Part shown: piece after piece, positions 1 through 11,310 of the stretch
How the letters are laid out: every line of letters starts with the position of its first letter
Numbering within the stretch: the stretch's first letter is position 1
Origin: Octopus sinensis
Taxonomy: Eukaryota
DNA length: 33,346 nt
Reading direction: 5' to 3'
NCBI RefSeq assembly: GCF_006345805.1
Contig: NW_021831954.1
Location: 1 to 33,346 of the forward strand
The notes under the pieces: model-generated
What the model saw: the letters and a program-made list of their open reading frames with translations, nothing else
Told to the model about the DNA's origin: nothing
Database searches by the model: none
Program-made: the position numbers and the translations under genes

Positions 1-236
1 TAACACAACCGATAGTTGACCCAAAGGACGGAGTATCAAATTAACCGATCGAATGATTGAAATTAACCGGCCGGCCAGTGTGCTCCATTTTGTTTCTTCA
101 GACAATAGAATATAATTTGAGAATTCACTTTCTATTTCTTGAGAACGTCAATGAAACAGTTTGAGACTACCTGCTTATGATAAATACACGTTTAATAATA
201 CTCCAATACATTATATATCCACATAAACGTATACAT

Positions 237-310
237 TCACACACATATATATATATATGTAAATGAGTGTGTATGCATGCATGCATGTATGTACATATGT
301 ATGTATGTAC

Positions 311-341
<31 letters not shown>

Positions 342-390
342 TGTATGTATGTATGTATGTATGTATGTATGTATGTATGTATGTATGTAT
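237..390. repeat. (TA)n/(TGTA)n microsatellite
   Basis: Pure tgta tandem run from about 290 to 390; explains ORFs 167..424, 237..488 and 263..445. Confidence 0.95.
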
Positions 391-904
391 AGGAGTACGT
401 AATATATTGATGTATATACTTCAATTTGCATATATACTACCTTAGACAACAGACGTGTGCTAGAACTTATCTTGTTTTTAAATGCCATTTCTGATTTCTG
501 AATCGATTGATTACTGGATTATACAGAGAAATGTATCTTGTATATGTTGGGCTGTGATTATATGAAGGACAATGAGGGGCCTACCCTTCAACCTGGTAGA
601 TGCATTCTACTATCTGTAAGGCACTTGTAAGATATTAGTCTGTTGTACATGTTTCCCCGTGTCTGCTCTACGAAGTCATTGTCTATATATATGAAAAAAA
701 CAAATGTTTTTTTTTAACTTAGAGATAAATATTTATATTATATATTTATATACATGAAAACAAAGATAAAAATTTGTTTTTACATAACTGATGCGGTTTT
801 TATTTAGCAGTTGCAAAAATAGTATATGTTTACACATGGTAAGTTTTGCACAAAAAAAAAAGAGTCACATTTTACTGAATGGTTTTCTTTTTTTAAATAT
901 TATT

Positions 905-1312
905 TATTTCTTTATTGCCCACGGTGGGGTGGCTAAACATAGAGGGGACAAATGGATTAAGTCGATTACATTTGCCCCAGTGCGTAACTGGTACTTAATT
1001 TATCGATCCCGAAAGGATGAAAGGCAAAGTCGACCTCGTTGGAATTTGAACTCAGAACGTAACTGCAGACGAAATACCTATTTCTTTACAACCCACAAGG
1101 GGCTAAACACAGAGAAGACAAACAAGGACAGACAAACGGATTAAGTCGATTATATCGACCCCAGTGCGTAACTGGTAATTATTTAATCGACCCCGAAAGG
1201 ATGAAAGGCAAAGTCGATCTCGGCGGAATTTGAACTCAGTGCGTAGCGGCAAACGAAATACCGCTAAGAATTTCGCCCGGCGTGCTAACGATTCAGCCAG
1301 CTCGCCGCCCTT
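905..1312 (-). mobile_element. Two tandem copies of an octopus-type tRNA-derived SINE (head-less copy 905-1078, full copy 1079-1312)
   Basis: Minus strand head aaagggcggcgagcTGGCTGAATCGTTAG (A-box-like) and GAGTTCAAATTCC (B-box-like, plus 1225-1237). Body cctttcatcctttcggggtcgat...accagttacgcactggggtcgat occurs twice. Confidence 0.85.
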
Positions 1313-1922
1313 TATCTAAACTGCTATTGTATAAAGATTCACTAACTAAAAGTTACTGCGTGCTTTAACCAAAGAGGTTTTGCAGTAGGAAGGAAATCAC
1401 ATTTTACTAACTGGTTTGCTATCCTAAATTGACTAAGTTTAAAGTATGTTTTCAGTTCTTTTTAAGTCTGTGTGCCGGGAAAACACGTGAATAAATTTTG
1501 AACAGCCATGTCGCTTGAATCTTTTCCAAAACAAGGGACGTAACTGTTGATTGATGCATATTATGTCGCTGAGAATAACATATGTTTGTATATATTTTTA
1601 GAAAGTAATATTTCTACTTATACAGGATAAAACGTTTTTAAAAGTGAGAAAACTGTTTAATTAACTTTATCATACAAAAGTATGGGGTAAATTTGATTTC
1701 GTTTTTACGATAAAGTTTTTTTCTCAAAATGTGTCTACAATTTTGGGTTTTTTTTAATGTTGCTATTGAAGTTGTTATTGTAACAGTTACTGGTGTTCTG
1801 GCATTTGGTGCAGGTGTAATTGCTTCTGTTTTTATCAGTCTAAATCCACGAAATGATGCGATAAGCCTAACTTAAGTTTATAATTTTAATTTATTAATCA
1901 ATTAATCCACATACGTATTCAG

Positions 1923-1923
<1 letters not shown>

Positions 1924-1984
<61 letters not shown>

Positions 1985-2004
1985 GTGTGTGTGTGTGTGT
2001 GTGC
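1924..2004. repeat. (GT)n microsatellite
   Basis: Direct reading. Confidence 0.95.
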
Positions 2005-2699
2005 GTTCCGACTTGCTGCTAACATGTGTATTAGATTGTTCAGAAAATCTCTAAGAAAACTGGAAACAGAAACAGCCAAAATTTGAACAACAGACTGAGA
2101 GAAATAGTAAAGATTAGGAAATCAAAATATTGCTCAGAAAGTATCTTCGTCAAATAATACGGGGTCTAAGTATTATACTTAGAAATTTCGACAATTTCTA
2201 GCATTTACAGAAGCTTCGAAAAATTTTCAAAACAAATTTTAAATTTCCAGTTACGTGATAACATTTGCTTTCTTATAATATTAACTGGAACAAACGTTTG
2301 TGTGCAATTTTTGTTTAATTAGCTATCAAAAGTTATCAAAGGGCGAAATCTTACGGTAAGCTTCTTTTTTTGTTTGCATGTGCGACATTATCGTGTATCA
2401 GGTACAACTTAATTTGATATCTTTTGTTGTTAACAAATAGATTACATATTATTTTTCAGGCATTTCCAGTCGTAGTACAGTAATTATCACGTGTTTTCAT
2501 TTCTTTCTTTCCATAATACTAAAAATATCTTAATTTTATTTATCACATATTCACAGCGATACACACAAAACATATTAGCACATATACATTAAGAAATGCT
2601 TGAGTTCTTTTTCAATCGGAGCAGCTACTGGTATTCAGTTTGTAAAATATGTATTAATATCAACAAGAAGAAGAGTTAGATATAATCAGTGCTATGTGC

Positions 2700-3345
2700 T
2701 AATTAAAGTATAAGGCATTGGGTTTCTGTTTGTATCTGTTAGAATATATTTCACTATTGTTCCGTTGCTAAGTCGCTGCACTGATAGAGTGGAAAAACTG
2801 AATAGTTTGGTAAGATATTCTGCATCTTCAACCAGAGATATTTTTCTTGTATACGGCTCACTGCTCTGTTGGTGTTGTACGGACATTCTTTTTCTGGGTG
2901 TCATACCTGTTTGTCCGATGTAATGTTCTCGGAAACCTTTACATGTGATAACATATAATAAATTATTTGAAATACATGAGAAATTATTATTATTTTTTAT
3001 TTTGATGGTAGAGCCTTTTAATCTGGGGGCCTCTGATAGACAGCTACATACGCCACAGTTTGGTCTGTTGTATTTACTAACTTTAGGATCCGTGGTTCGT
3101 ATATGTAACTTTGCATTGGTCAATATAATTTTTACTGATTTCGCTTGCCCCTTACTTTTTATAATTGGACGTTTATTCAAGACGTTTCTCAATTTTTGGT
3201 CGTGTAAAAATATTGGTAATTTAATAGAGACGCTAGTGAAGATTTCGGTGGCTCTTGCGTTGAAAGAAATATATGGAATAACATTTTTTATTATATTATT
3301 ATGTAGTTCGAAGCTCTGGGTTGTTAATTCGTTTTCCGTTCTCAA
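2700..3345 (-). mobile_element. Penelope-like retroelement remnant: linker, Cys motif and GIY-YIG endonuclease (3' end of the ORF)
   Basis: ORF 2692..3408 contains RPNCGVCSC...NFSCISNNLLYVITCKGFREHYIGQTGMTPRKRM (GIY-YIG-like LLYVITC...YIGQT) after a PLE-type linker IIKSKGQAKSVKIILTNAKL. A frameshifted tail gives SVFPLYQC...RYKQKPN, like PLE C-termini. No RT present. Confidence 0.8.
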
Positions 3346-3349
3346 TTGC

Positions 3350-3465
3350 AATATACATACATTCACACACACAGAGACACGAGCACACCCCCCCACACAC
3401 ACACACACACATACATATATACATATTTACATATATATATATATTATATATATTATATATATATA

Positions 3466-3500
<35 letters not shown>
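3350..3500. repeat. (CA)n/(TA)n microsatellite
   Basis: Direct reading. Confidence 0.9.
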
Positions 3501-3503
<3 letters not shown>

Positions 3504-3635
3504 TAAATATTCAGTCACTACGAGGATATATAAACCGCTAATGGGGATGGTTTCATCCAAGTTACACTGGTTTAATATATTATATTGCTGGGAAATATCT
3601 CTTCGATACAGAAAATAGGTACATTATAAATATCA

Positions 3636-4045
3636 AATATTATTAAGTAAAAAAATGGAGAGATTTAATGGATATAAATTAATTTATTAACATTTTTAAT
3701 AAGGCCGGCAATTGTTTCAATTCACACTCAATAAAATTACAAACCTGTAGAATAAAATAAGTTTGCATTTTTAATATGTAGAGTAAAATATCTTTAGGGC
3801 CAATGAACATTAAGAAAACTACATGTTGATCTGTTCCAGAATCTCAATTGATGAACATGTAGTTTTCTTAATGTCCTTTGGCCCTGAAGATATTTTACGC
3901 TACGAATTCAAAATGCAAACTTATTTTGTTTTATAGGTTTGTAATTTGTATTGAGTGTGATTTGAAGCAATTTAGGTCTTATTAAAAATGTTGACAAATT
4001 AATTTATATACATTGAATCTCTCCACTTTCTTACATAATAATATT
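3636..4045. repeat. Long imperfect palindrome (foldback, MITE-like): arms about 195 bp, spacer 18 bp
   Basis: 3636-3831 is the reverse complement of 3850-4045 with scattered substitutions, e.g. aataagtttgcatttt / aaaatgcaaacttatt and cattaagaaaactacatgtt / aacatgtagttttcttaatg. Confidence 0.9.
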
Positions 4046-4424
4046 ACATATACCATGCGCGCGCGCGTGTGTGTGTACGAGATTATTTGAACAAATGAGA
4101 AAAAGTACACCTGCTGTAAATTATATATTGTTTCATTGAAAGCTTATGATTAATTTTTTTCTACCTCTCAGTTTAACTCACTTGATGCGGATGATTTTTC
4201 GAGCGATAAAATATTTATGGTTTTAATTGAATGCATTTGTGTGTGTGTGTGTGTGTGTGGTGTGTGTGTGTGTGTGTGTACATACATATGCGCGCTCGTC
4301 CTTGGCCAATGTAGTCGTATGTGGGCCTGTCTGTGTGAGCATGAGTGTGTATGTGAGGAGACAGAATATGGTAGATGTTTAGAAACTCTCTGCCCTGTTC
4401 ATATCAATGGATATTATGTAAAGA

Positions 4425-5020
4425 TGGCCAAATCCCTACAAGCTCACTCTACAAACTATAAAATATTCTTTACAAAATCTCTACACAACTCTACAAAAAC
4501 TCCATTACAAATCCAGTAGAGAACTTCTACATGTTTATTCGGTTTGCTAAAAGTAACCAACTCTCTCTAAAATACCTACCATCGTTTTAAATAATTAAAT
4601 AATTTAAGTAATTACAGGATGGTCACGGACGGTGGCTCTATGATCCAGTATCAGCATGATGATAGCTGACAACTGCAACACAATGCACAATGTCACTCTA
4701 TAAAACTCTTCATACTTCAATAAAACTCCACAAATTCTTCGAAGCTCTACAAAACTATACAAAACTATAAAACTGTGCAAAACTGCAAAACTCGAAACAA
4801 CTCTACAATACACTAAAAACCTCGATAAAGCTCTGTTAAACTCTGAAAAGCTTGATAAAGCTCCACGAAACTCTATGAAACTCAACAAACTTGTACAAGC
4901 ACTGCAAAGTTCTACAACACCCTACAAAACTCTGCAAAACCATAAAATTCTACAAAACTCTACAAAACTCAGTAACATTCTACAAAATTCTGCAAAACAC
5001 TATATAACTACAAAGCTCTT
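4425..5020. repeat. Degenerate ~10-bp minisatellite (AAAACTCTAC) in two blocks, about 4425-4525 and 4695-5020
   Basis: Repeated variants ctacaaaact, ctgcaaaact, ctataaaact. Confidence 0.8.
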
Positions 5021-5296
5021 CAATTAATGATATTTCCTAAAGTTGAGTAACTCATTTAATTTACTTCTCTCTTTCTTTTTCTCTCTCTCTCTCTTTCACA
5101 CTCTCTCCCTCATTTTTCCTGTTTTTGTCCGGTCATGTGATTCACTTATTAATTGATAAGAGATTATGCAGCTATTTGTATCGATCGAAAATCAGTTCGA
5201 TTCGCCTTAGATCATTCAGCAGAAGAAATGAAATCTATCGAAAGATTTATCAATAAATTCAATATTTTCTTAGTTCATGCACTATTTCCACCACTT

Positions 5297-5338
<42 letters not shown>

Positions 5339-5893
5339 ACCCCTCTCTCTCCCTCTCTCCCTTTCTCTCGCTCACTCGCACACTTTCTCTTTGTATATAG
5401 ATATACATGTATATAATGTTACGTGTATGTATAAATATATGTGTGTGTGCGCGCGCGCGTGCGTGTGTATCTGCATGTATGTGTGTATATATGTATATAT
5501 GTATAACCACGCACGCACACATATATACACATACATGCGTCTGTGTGTATGTATATATATATTATGCAGATATGTTTGTATACTGAATTAATGCTTTTAT
5601 TTAGACAAAAATACAGCGTAACTGTGTCTACATATATATGCACATAATATTCACAACACACGTACATATGAATGAATGTGGGTGTGTGTGTGTGTGTGTG
5701 TAGGTAGGTAGGTAGATGTATTCCTGTAAGCATGTATGTATGTATCTATCTATTTATCTATCTACCTATCTATGATAAAAGAGAAGAAAGGGAAGATAGC
5801 AGGTAGGCCTTTGCTACCTATGTTTCAATAGCGCAGCATTTTATTCATAATTCGTATATTACATCATACACAATACTTGCAACAATCCGATCA

Positions 5894-5955
5894 CTAAGGC
5901 GGCAATAATCGACTGCTATAGCCGATTCGAACCACAAAATCGGAGAAGAAATACG
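5894..5955 (-). CDS. Candidate terminal exon of unknown minus-strand gene: (A)YFFSDFVVRIGYSSRLLPP*
   Basis: Pyrimidine tract ttctttttcctatcctctcact, first AG is AAG at 5957-5956, phase 1 matches the 6255 donor, AATAAA at 5845-5840 about 50 nt after the stop. Confidence 0.3.
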
Positions 5956-6254
5956 CTTAGATCATAACATCAGTGAGAGGATAGGAAAAAGAATTTAAAT
6001 AGCCAAACAACAATAACAACATTAACAACAACAGCAATAGCCACAACTAGCTAAAACAACAGCAAGAGCAATAACAATGACATGACTATGACTGCAAGCG
6101 TAACCACAACTGTGATAACAACCACATGAACAATAATAACAGCAATACCAACAATATGCATAACAACAACCGCTATCGATGCGATCGTAACAGTTAAGAT
6201 CAATGTCACCGGCACATTTATATGCTCGTCCATTATGTGACCTTTAAAATCTAC

Positions 6255-6410
6255 CGTCCCGGGGATGTAGTGTCGGGTGTTTTGGGATGCATGTTGCGAA
6301 TTTTACGGGGTGTACGGACATCACAGGGCGACCATTTGGTGCTGGACTTGCGTTTGAGGTGTCAAACTTATCTTGAAGGAGGCGGCCAGTTTCTCTACCG
6401 CACAAGGTGG
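6255..6410 (-). CDS. Candidate 156-nt exon of unknown gene: xTLCGRETGRLLQDKFDTSNASPAPNGRPVMSVHPVKFATCIPKHPTLHPRD
   Basis: Relatively GC-rich unique island; acceptor gaattttAG, donor ACG|GTAGAT; only one frame open (phase 1 to 1). Confidence 0.45.
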
Positions 6411-6479
6411 CTAAAATTCAAGCCAAGCCACTGGACAGTGTTCGCTTTCTACAACGGTAGAATATCTATTACTAGTACC

Positions 6480-7025
6480 ACCACAGTTATCCCATCACCA
6501 ACATAACACCTCCACCACCAACCCATCACCACCATCACACCTCCACACCATCACCATCATATCAGAGCCTCCATCATGATCCTACCACCATCATAGCACC
6601 ACAACCGTCATAAAATCACCGCTGCCGTCATACCACAACTAACAACACCACACCATCGTCGAGCCACCACCACCACCAATATCATACCACCGCTTTCACT
6701 ACTATCATCATACTACCACCACCATCATCCTTCCCCAGAACCATTGCCCATGTCACACTGTAACAAAAGCCTTATCCTTACCAGTATCGTCCACTATCAC
6801 TGCAACCATCGGCACCACAACAAATACAACACTATCACCATCATCATCATCAACAACATCAACGTCACTGTCACCACCATTACCATCACCAACAACAACA
6901 GCAACAACTCCATAACCAACACCCTCACAATAATTACCACCACCACCACCAACAATAACAACAACAACAATACCATCATCACCAACAACAACACCATTAC
7001 CACTTCCACCATCGCTGCTATAGTC
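6480..7025. repeat. Degenerate CAC/CAT/CAA trinucleotide low-complexity tract
   Basis: Direct reading; explains ORFs 6744..7046, 6753..7049 and 6797..7012. Confidence 0.85.
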
Positions 7026-7047
7026 CCACATCTGAACCGTCCCTAAC

Positions 7048-7109
7048 ATTTGTAAATCTGCCCATTATCCTGGAAGGGTTGCCAGTGAATTATCGATCTG
7101 GTCTTTTGG
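7048..7109 (-). CDS. Candidate 62-nt exon: (L)QKTRSIIHWQPFQDNGQIYK
   Basis: Acceptor ttctatttcAG, donor AAT|GTTAGG; phase 2 to 1 fits both neighbours. Confidence 0.4.
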
Positions 7110-7171
7110 CTGAAATAGAATTTATCCTAAGGCGAGAAATCTTAATCAATAAACTTGTCCATTATTGATAC

Positions 7172-7214
<43 letters not shown>

Positions 7215-7999
7215 AACATACATACGCGCGCAAACAAACAAACACACATAAACACACACATACACACACATACATATACACACGCAGACAATTTCTTAAT
7301 TCTTTGACCTACCAAAGTGGAAAACTAACAACAACGAAAGCCAACGAGTGTCTAGGATATATACACTCGTGCATACACAGGTACATAGATACAGAGACGT
7401 ATGTACATACCTACATACATACATAATGTATACATAGAAACACTAATGCATTCATACACACATGTATACATACATGCATGAGCACATAAATACATCCATG
7501 TATGCATACTTGCATATATATATACGCATATGCATAAGATATCATGTAAAGATTTACACATGCAATAAAAATGCAGGCTGACATAGATGCACATACATAT
7601 ATACGTAGACAGATTAATTCATACATACATTCATATTTATATATATATGTACACTACACACATACACACATATATATATATACATACATACATACGAACT
7701 TACATTACTTCATAGATATAGATGTATATACATACATACTTACATAAAGGCATATATTCATATATACATTTATATATACAAACGTACGTACATACACTGA
7801 TAAATTCAAACGTACTTGCAATCATAGATAAATACAGGTATACATACCTATATACATACATTCATATATACATCCATGCATACATACATACATACATACA
7901 TCCATACATACATACATGCATGCATGCATGCATACATGCATACATACATACATACATACATACATACATACATACATACATACATACATACATACATAC

Positions 8000-8106
8000 A
8001 GAGAAAAAGGATTTCTATGGACCACTTTATGGACCAAATCCTGTATCCAAGATACATCTTCAGCTTCATATCTATTAATGGAACAACAGGATACACACCA
8101 ACCCGT
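8000..8106 (-). CDS. Candidate 107-nt exon: TGWCVSCCSINRYEAEDVSWIQDLVHKVVHRNPFS(L)
   Basis: Acceptor atatttttgctccAG, donor TCT|GTATGT (supplied by the (CATA)n tract); phase 0 to 2. Confidence 0.5.
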
Positions 8107-8247
8107 CTGGAGCAAAAATATGGCTGAACTTGGGATCTTGGGAAGAAAATGCAAATCTTTAATCCATATGCTACAAAAGCTCGCGATAATCGGGATTATA
8201 AAAATCTGCAAAATCTTAAGATTTACATGGTGATGGTTGAAACTTAC

Positions 8248-8293
8248 CTTCATAACTTTGCTAGCAAGTAGGCGACCGGTAAAAGAGTTTATT
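8248..8293 (-). CDS. Candidate 46-nt exon: xINSFTGRLLASKVMK (could alternatively hold the start ATG)
   Basis: Strong acceptor ttctttttctgtttttgatatAG and perfect donor AAG|GTAAGT; one open frame; 141-nt intron to the next exon. Confidence 0.55.
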
Positions 8294-8983
8294 CTATATC
8301 AAAAACAGAAAAAGAACATACATACATACACACACACTTACGTTCACGTATACATACATATATGAATACATTCATACATACATACATAACTTACATACAC
8401 ACATACATCACGCATACATATATACATATATTCTTACATATATTCATACATACATGCAAACATACATGTGTACGTACGCTCATGCATGTATACATATATA
8501 TATATTATACATACATATACACACACACAACACACACACATATATATATATAGACATATATACATACGTACTTACGTACAAACGTGTATATAACATATAT
8601 TCATATATACATAGACATATACTTGTACATACATTTACAAACACATGCTTACATACACGCATACACACATACATACACATATATACATAGACATACCAAC
8701 GTACACACACTTAATATACACACACATATACTTACTGGGTACTTTCCTAGTATCAATAAATAAACTCAGTCGTGAAGCAGTTATAACAGTTAATCGGTGG
8801 ACCTTCGAAACGGTATCACCACCTCGTAGAGAATAAAAAGGGTCAATGAATTAGGTGATTGTTCCTGATAGTTTATTTGCGAATCTTTTAGTAAACAAAA
8901 ACTAATAAGCAAGTGGCCATAGGACAACCTGGGTTAGAGTGAGCAAGAGAAAAATTAACCAAGGATAAAGATGAGTGAATTAC

Positions 8984-9072
8984 AATGACGAAGGCATGAT
9001 GTGCAGCACATGCACTGGGCTTTCAGGAAATCTGTGGGGAAGTCTGCAGAATCGAAATATACCATGGAGAAA
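8984..9072 (-). CDS. Candidate 89-nt exon: FLHGIFRFCRLPHRFPESPVHVLHIMPSS(L)
   Basis: Acceptor ctatattcAG, donor ATT|GTAATT (weaker); ends in phase 2, matching exon 8248-8293. Confidence 0.3.
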
Positions 9073-10289
9073 CTGAATATAGTTCGAGACCCTGGTACAG
9101 TATGTTGAGCCACGACACGTTGTGATACACGACAACGTTGTTGTTGTTTCACAGCAATCTCTTTCCATTTCTCTCTTCTTCTCGCTCTTCCCTTTCTCTC
9201 TTCTCGCTCTCTCTCCCTCACTCTATCTCTCCTTATCTCTCTCCATATATATCTATCTTTCCCGTTTTACTCCTATCACTCACCATATATATTTACCTCT
9301 TTCTCGTTCTATTCCCCTCTCTCTCTTTCCATCCTCCTCTCTCTCTTCCTCTCTCTCCATTTCTTTCTCTATGGTACATTTAAAAAAAAAGAACTATGGA
9401 AGGTGAAATTGATACACGAAACCGATTTTATTTATTTATTTTACGGTAACACAGAAAGGACAAATCTTTTAGCCAAGAATAAAAATACTAACTTGGCAGA
9501 AGGCTATGAGCTAATTGGTTGCTTAAACATTATGTATAAGTTTAACACAAGCTGTTAAAATCAATTCCTTCTCCAAGATCATTAGAAGTGGAACAAGGAC
9601 TGATGAGCAGGCTAATGGAAAGTGGGGAGTGAAGCGAATTGCTGAACGTCTTCTAATGAATAAAATTGTTCTGTTTGAAGAAAAACAAAAAGCACAACGG
9701 ATATTTTGTGACAATATGGCTTCATTACAGATAGTTGTTTTCCTTTTTCTCACACGCAGCTACAGGCCACAAAGAATTCAATAAAAAAAAATCACAGAAG
9801 TATAGTCACTGAAAATACACCGAAGAACCACGAAACTGTAGCAGAGTTTCTTCTTGGCGTCGGCTGGCATATTCGTCTTAATCAACATTATAAATACTGA
9901 GTATCCATGTGATGCCACAATACTGTGAAAGGTGATTCCAATCTGTACATGTCATATATTGAGCTCTGGATTAACCATTATGCAAAAAAAGCTTGTGCTT
10001 AGGACATCAAGGAAAGTGGGAGGAGGGGTACACTACAGAAATGTTAAATGGCTTACGGCACAAAAGAAATCACGTTAAATTTGTTAAAATAATATTCGAT
10101 GTTGTTTATATGAGCGGAAAAAATTTATTTCATGGTTTATTATTGCGTATAGCTTGAATTACATATATGTGTGGGGACACCAAAACCTAGGGCCTGCATG
10201 TATTGTCTATAAAAAATGTTTCGTTTTATTGCCTCTATTTGCTTAAGAAACTGAATAAAAGGTTGTTGATTCTTTCCGTCATATGTATG

Positions 10290-10509
10290 TACAAGGAGAT
10301 GCTGAAAAGTTCCTGACATGGGTAAAAGAAAATACAGGAGAATCAGTTAATTATGATTTTATTCAACATATTCCCCTCTCAGATTCACAAATTGCAACGG
10401 TCCTTCAGTTTTTCTAAGCCCTGTAAAAAGAACTCAGAAGGTTGGGCCTCCAGCCTTGCCTTTCGCGATTCCCTTAAAGCGAGGAAATTTTCAGCACTTG
10501 CCTCTTGTA
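10290..10509 (-). mobile_element. Mariner-derived MITE / internal-deletion derivative
   Basis: TA-flanked imperfect TIRs (tacaaggagatgctgaaaagttcctg / gaggaaattttcagcacttgcctcttgta). Minus strand retains a mariner C-terminus: QPSEFFLQGLEKLKDRCNL*NLRGEYVE*. Confidence 0.8.
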
Positions 10510-11310
10510 ATGTCATCATATATAAACTGTACACAAGTTATGAAACTATCAGTTAATAAATTATATAAAATATCTTTTGTTTTATTATTTTAATTGTTAA
10601 CAGTATTTAAATAAAATGTGATTCTATTCCGGTGACTTTTCTCCTTACTTAAATACAGCTGTGATTTTTCTCAGCCTTTTTGTTTTTGTTTTTTTGTTTT
10701 TATTTTTTTTTACCCGTGAATTGTTTTTCTCGGAGACCACCGCGATACTTGATTCCTTTCGCAATAAAACCACAGTCCTGGTCATCTGCATTCACCCTTG
10801 TAACTGAAAAGACTACGATTATATTTGATGCTGCAAATTTTGAAACGAATATTCTGTATGCATTAGTAAAGGCCTTGCTACTTTTTTCACAAAAACAATA
10901 GTCATTTCCAAATGATTATAGAAAACTCTATAGTAAGTTGAGACGTTCTATGATATATGACTGGACTGGTAAGGAAATCCGATGCATTGGCATAAAAACC
11001 TAGATTCTAACATCAATTCAAAAACTTCAAGGGCAAGCTTTCCTTTTTTTAATACTCAAGTCTCTATTAGAAGTTTCTGAGACAATATATTACGACCAAC
11101 TGCTTCTACGTTCATATACTTATAGATATTATACAAGCCAGTATAATATTAAATTGATATACTTTCTTGAAAATACGTACTTAAGATTAAAATTAATCAA
11201 GTATGCAAATCAATTTAATTTTTCACAAATCAGTAAATGCTTAGTTTATCGATTGATTTTTATATCGAAACAAGCGTTTTTTTTTTACTTAACTCAGAGT
11301 GCCCGGGTTA

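Noticed and set aside
1729-1875. 48-aa hydrophobic plus-strand ORF (VVIVTVTGVLAFGAGVIASVF)
   Set aside because: T-rich sequence yields hydrophobic codons by chance; no compatible splice partners found.
2590-2650. Expected hammerhead downstream of the Penelope ORF (minus strand CTGAATA...GAAA)
   Set aside because: No stem II, stem III or cleavage triplet; too degenerate to call.
4425-5020. CRISPR-like or telomeric array
   Set aside because: No unique spacers between conserved repeats, the unit is not TTAGGG-like, and the context is eukaryotic.
6222-6506. Plus-strand 94-aa ORF
   Set aside because: No good plus-strand splice signals; the island is better explained by the minus-strand exon, though this is not proven.
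9600-9625. CTGATGA...GGAAA hammerhead-like core
   Set aside because: No G-C closing stem II, no stem III and no NUH triplet.
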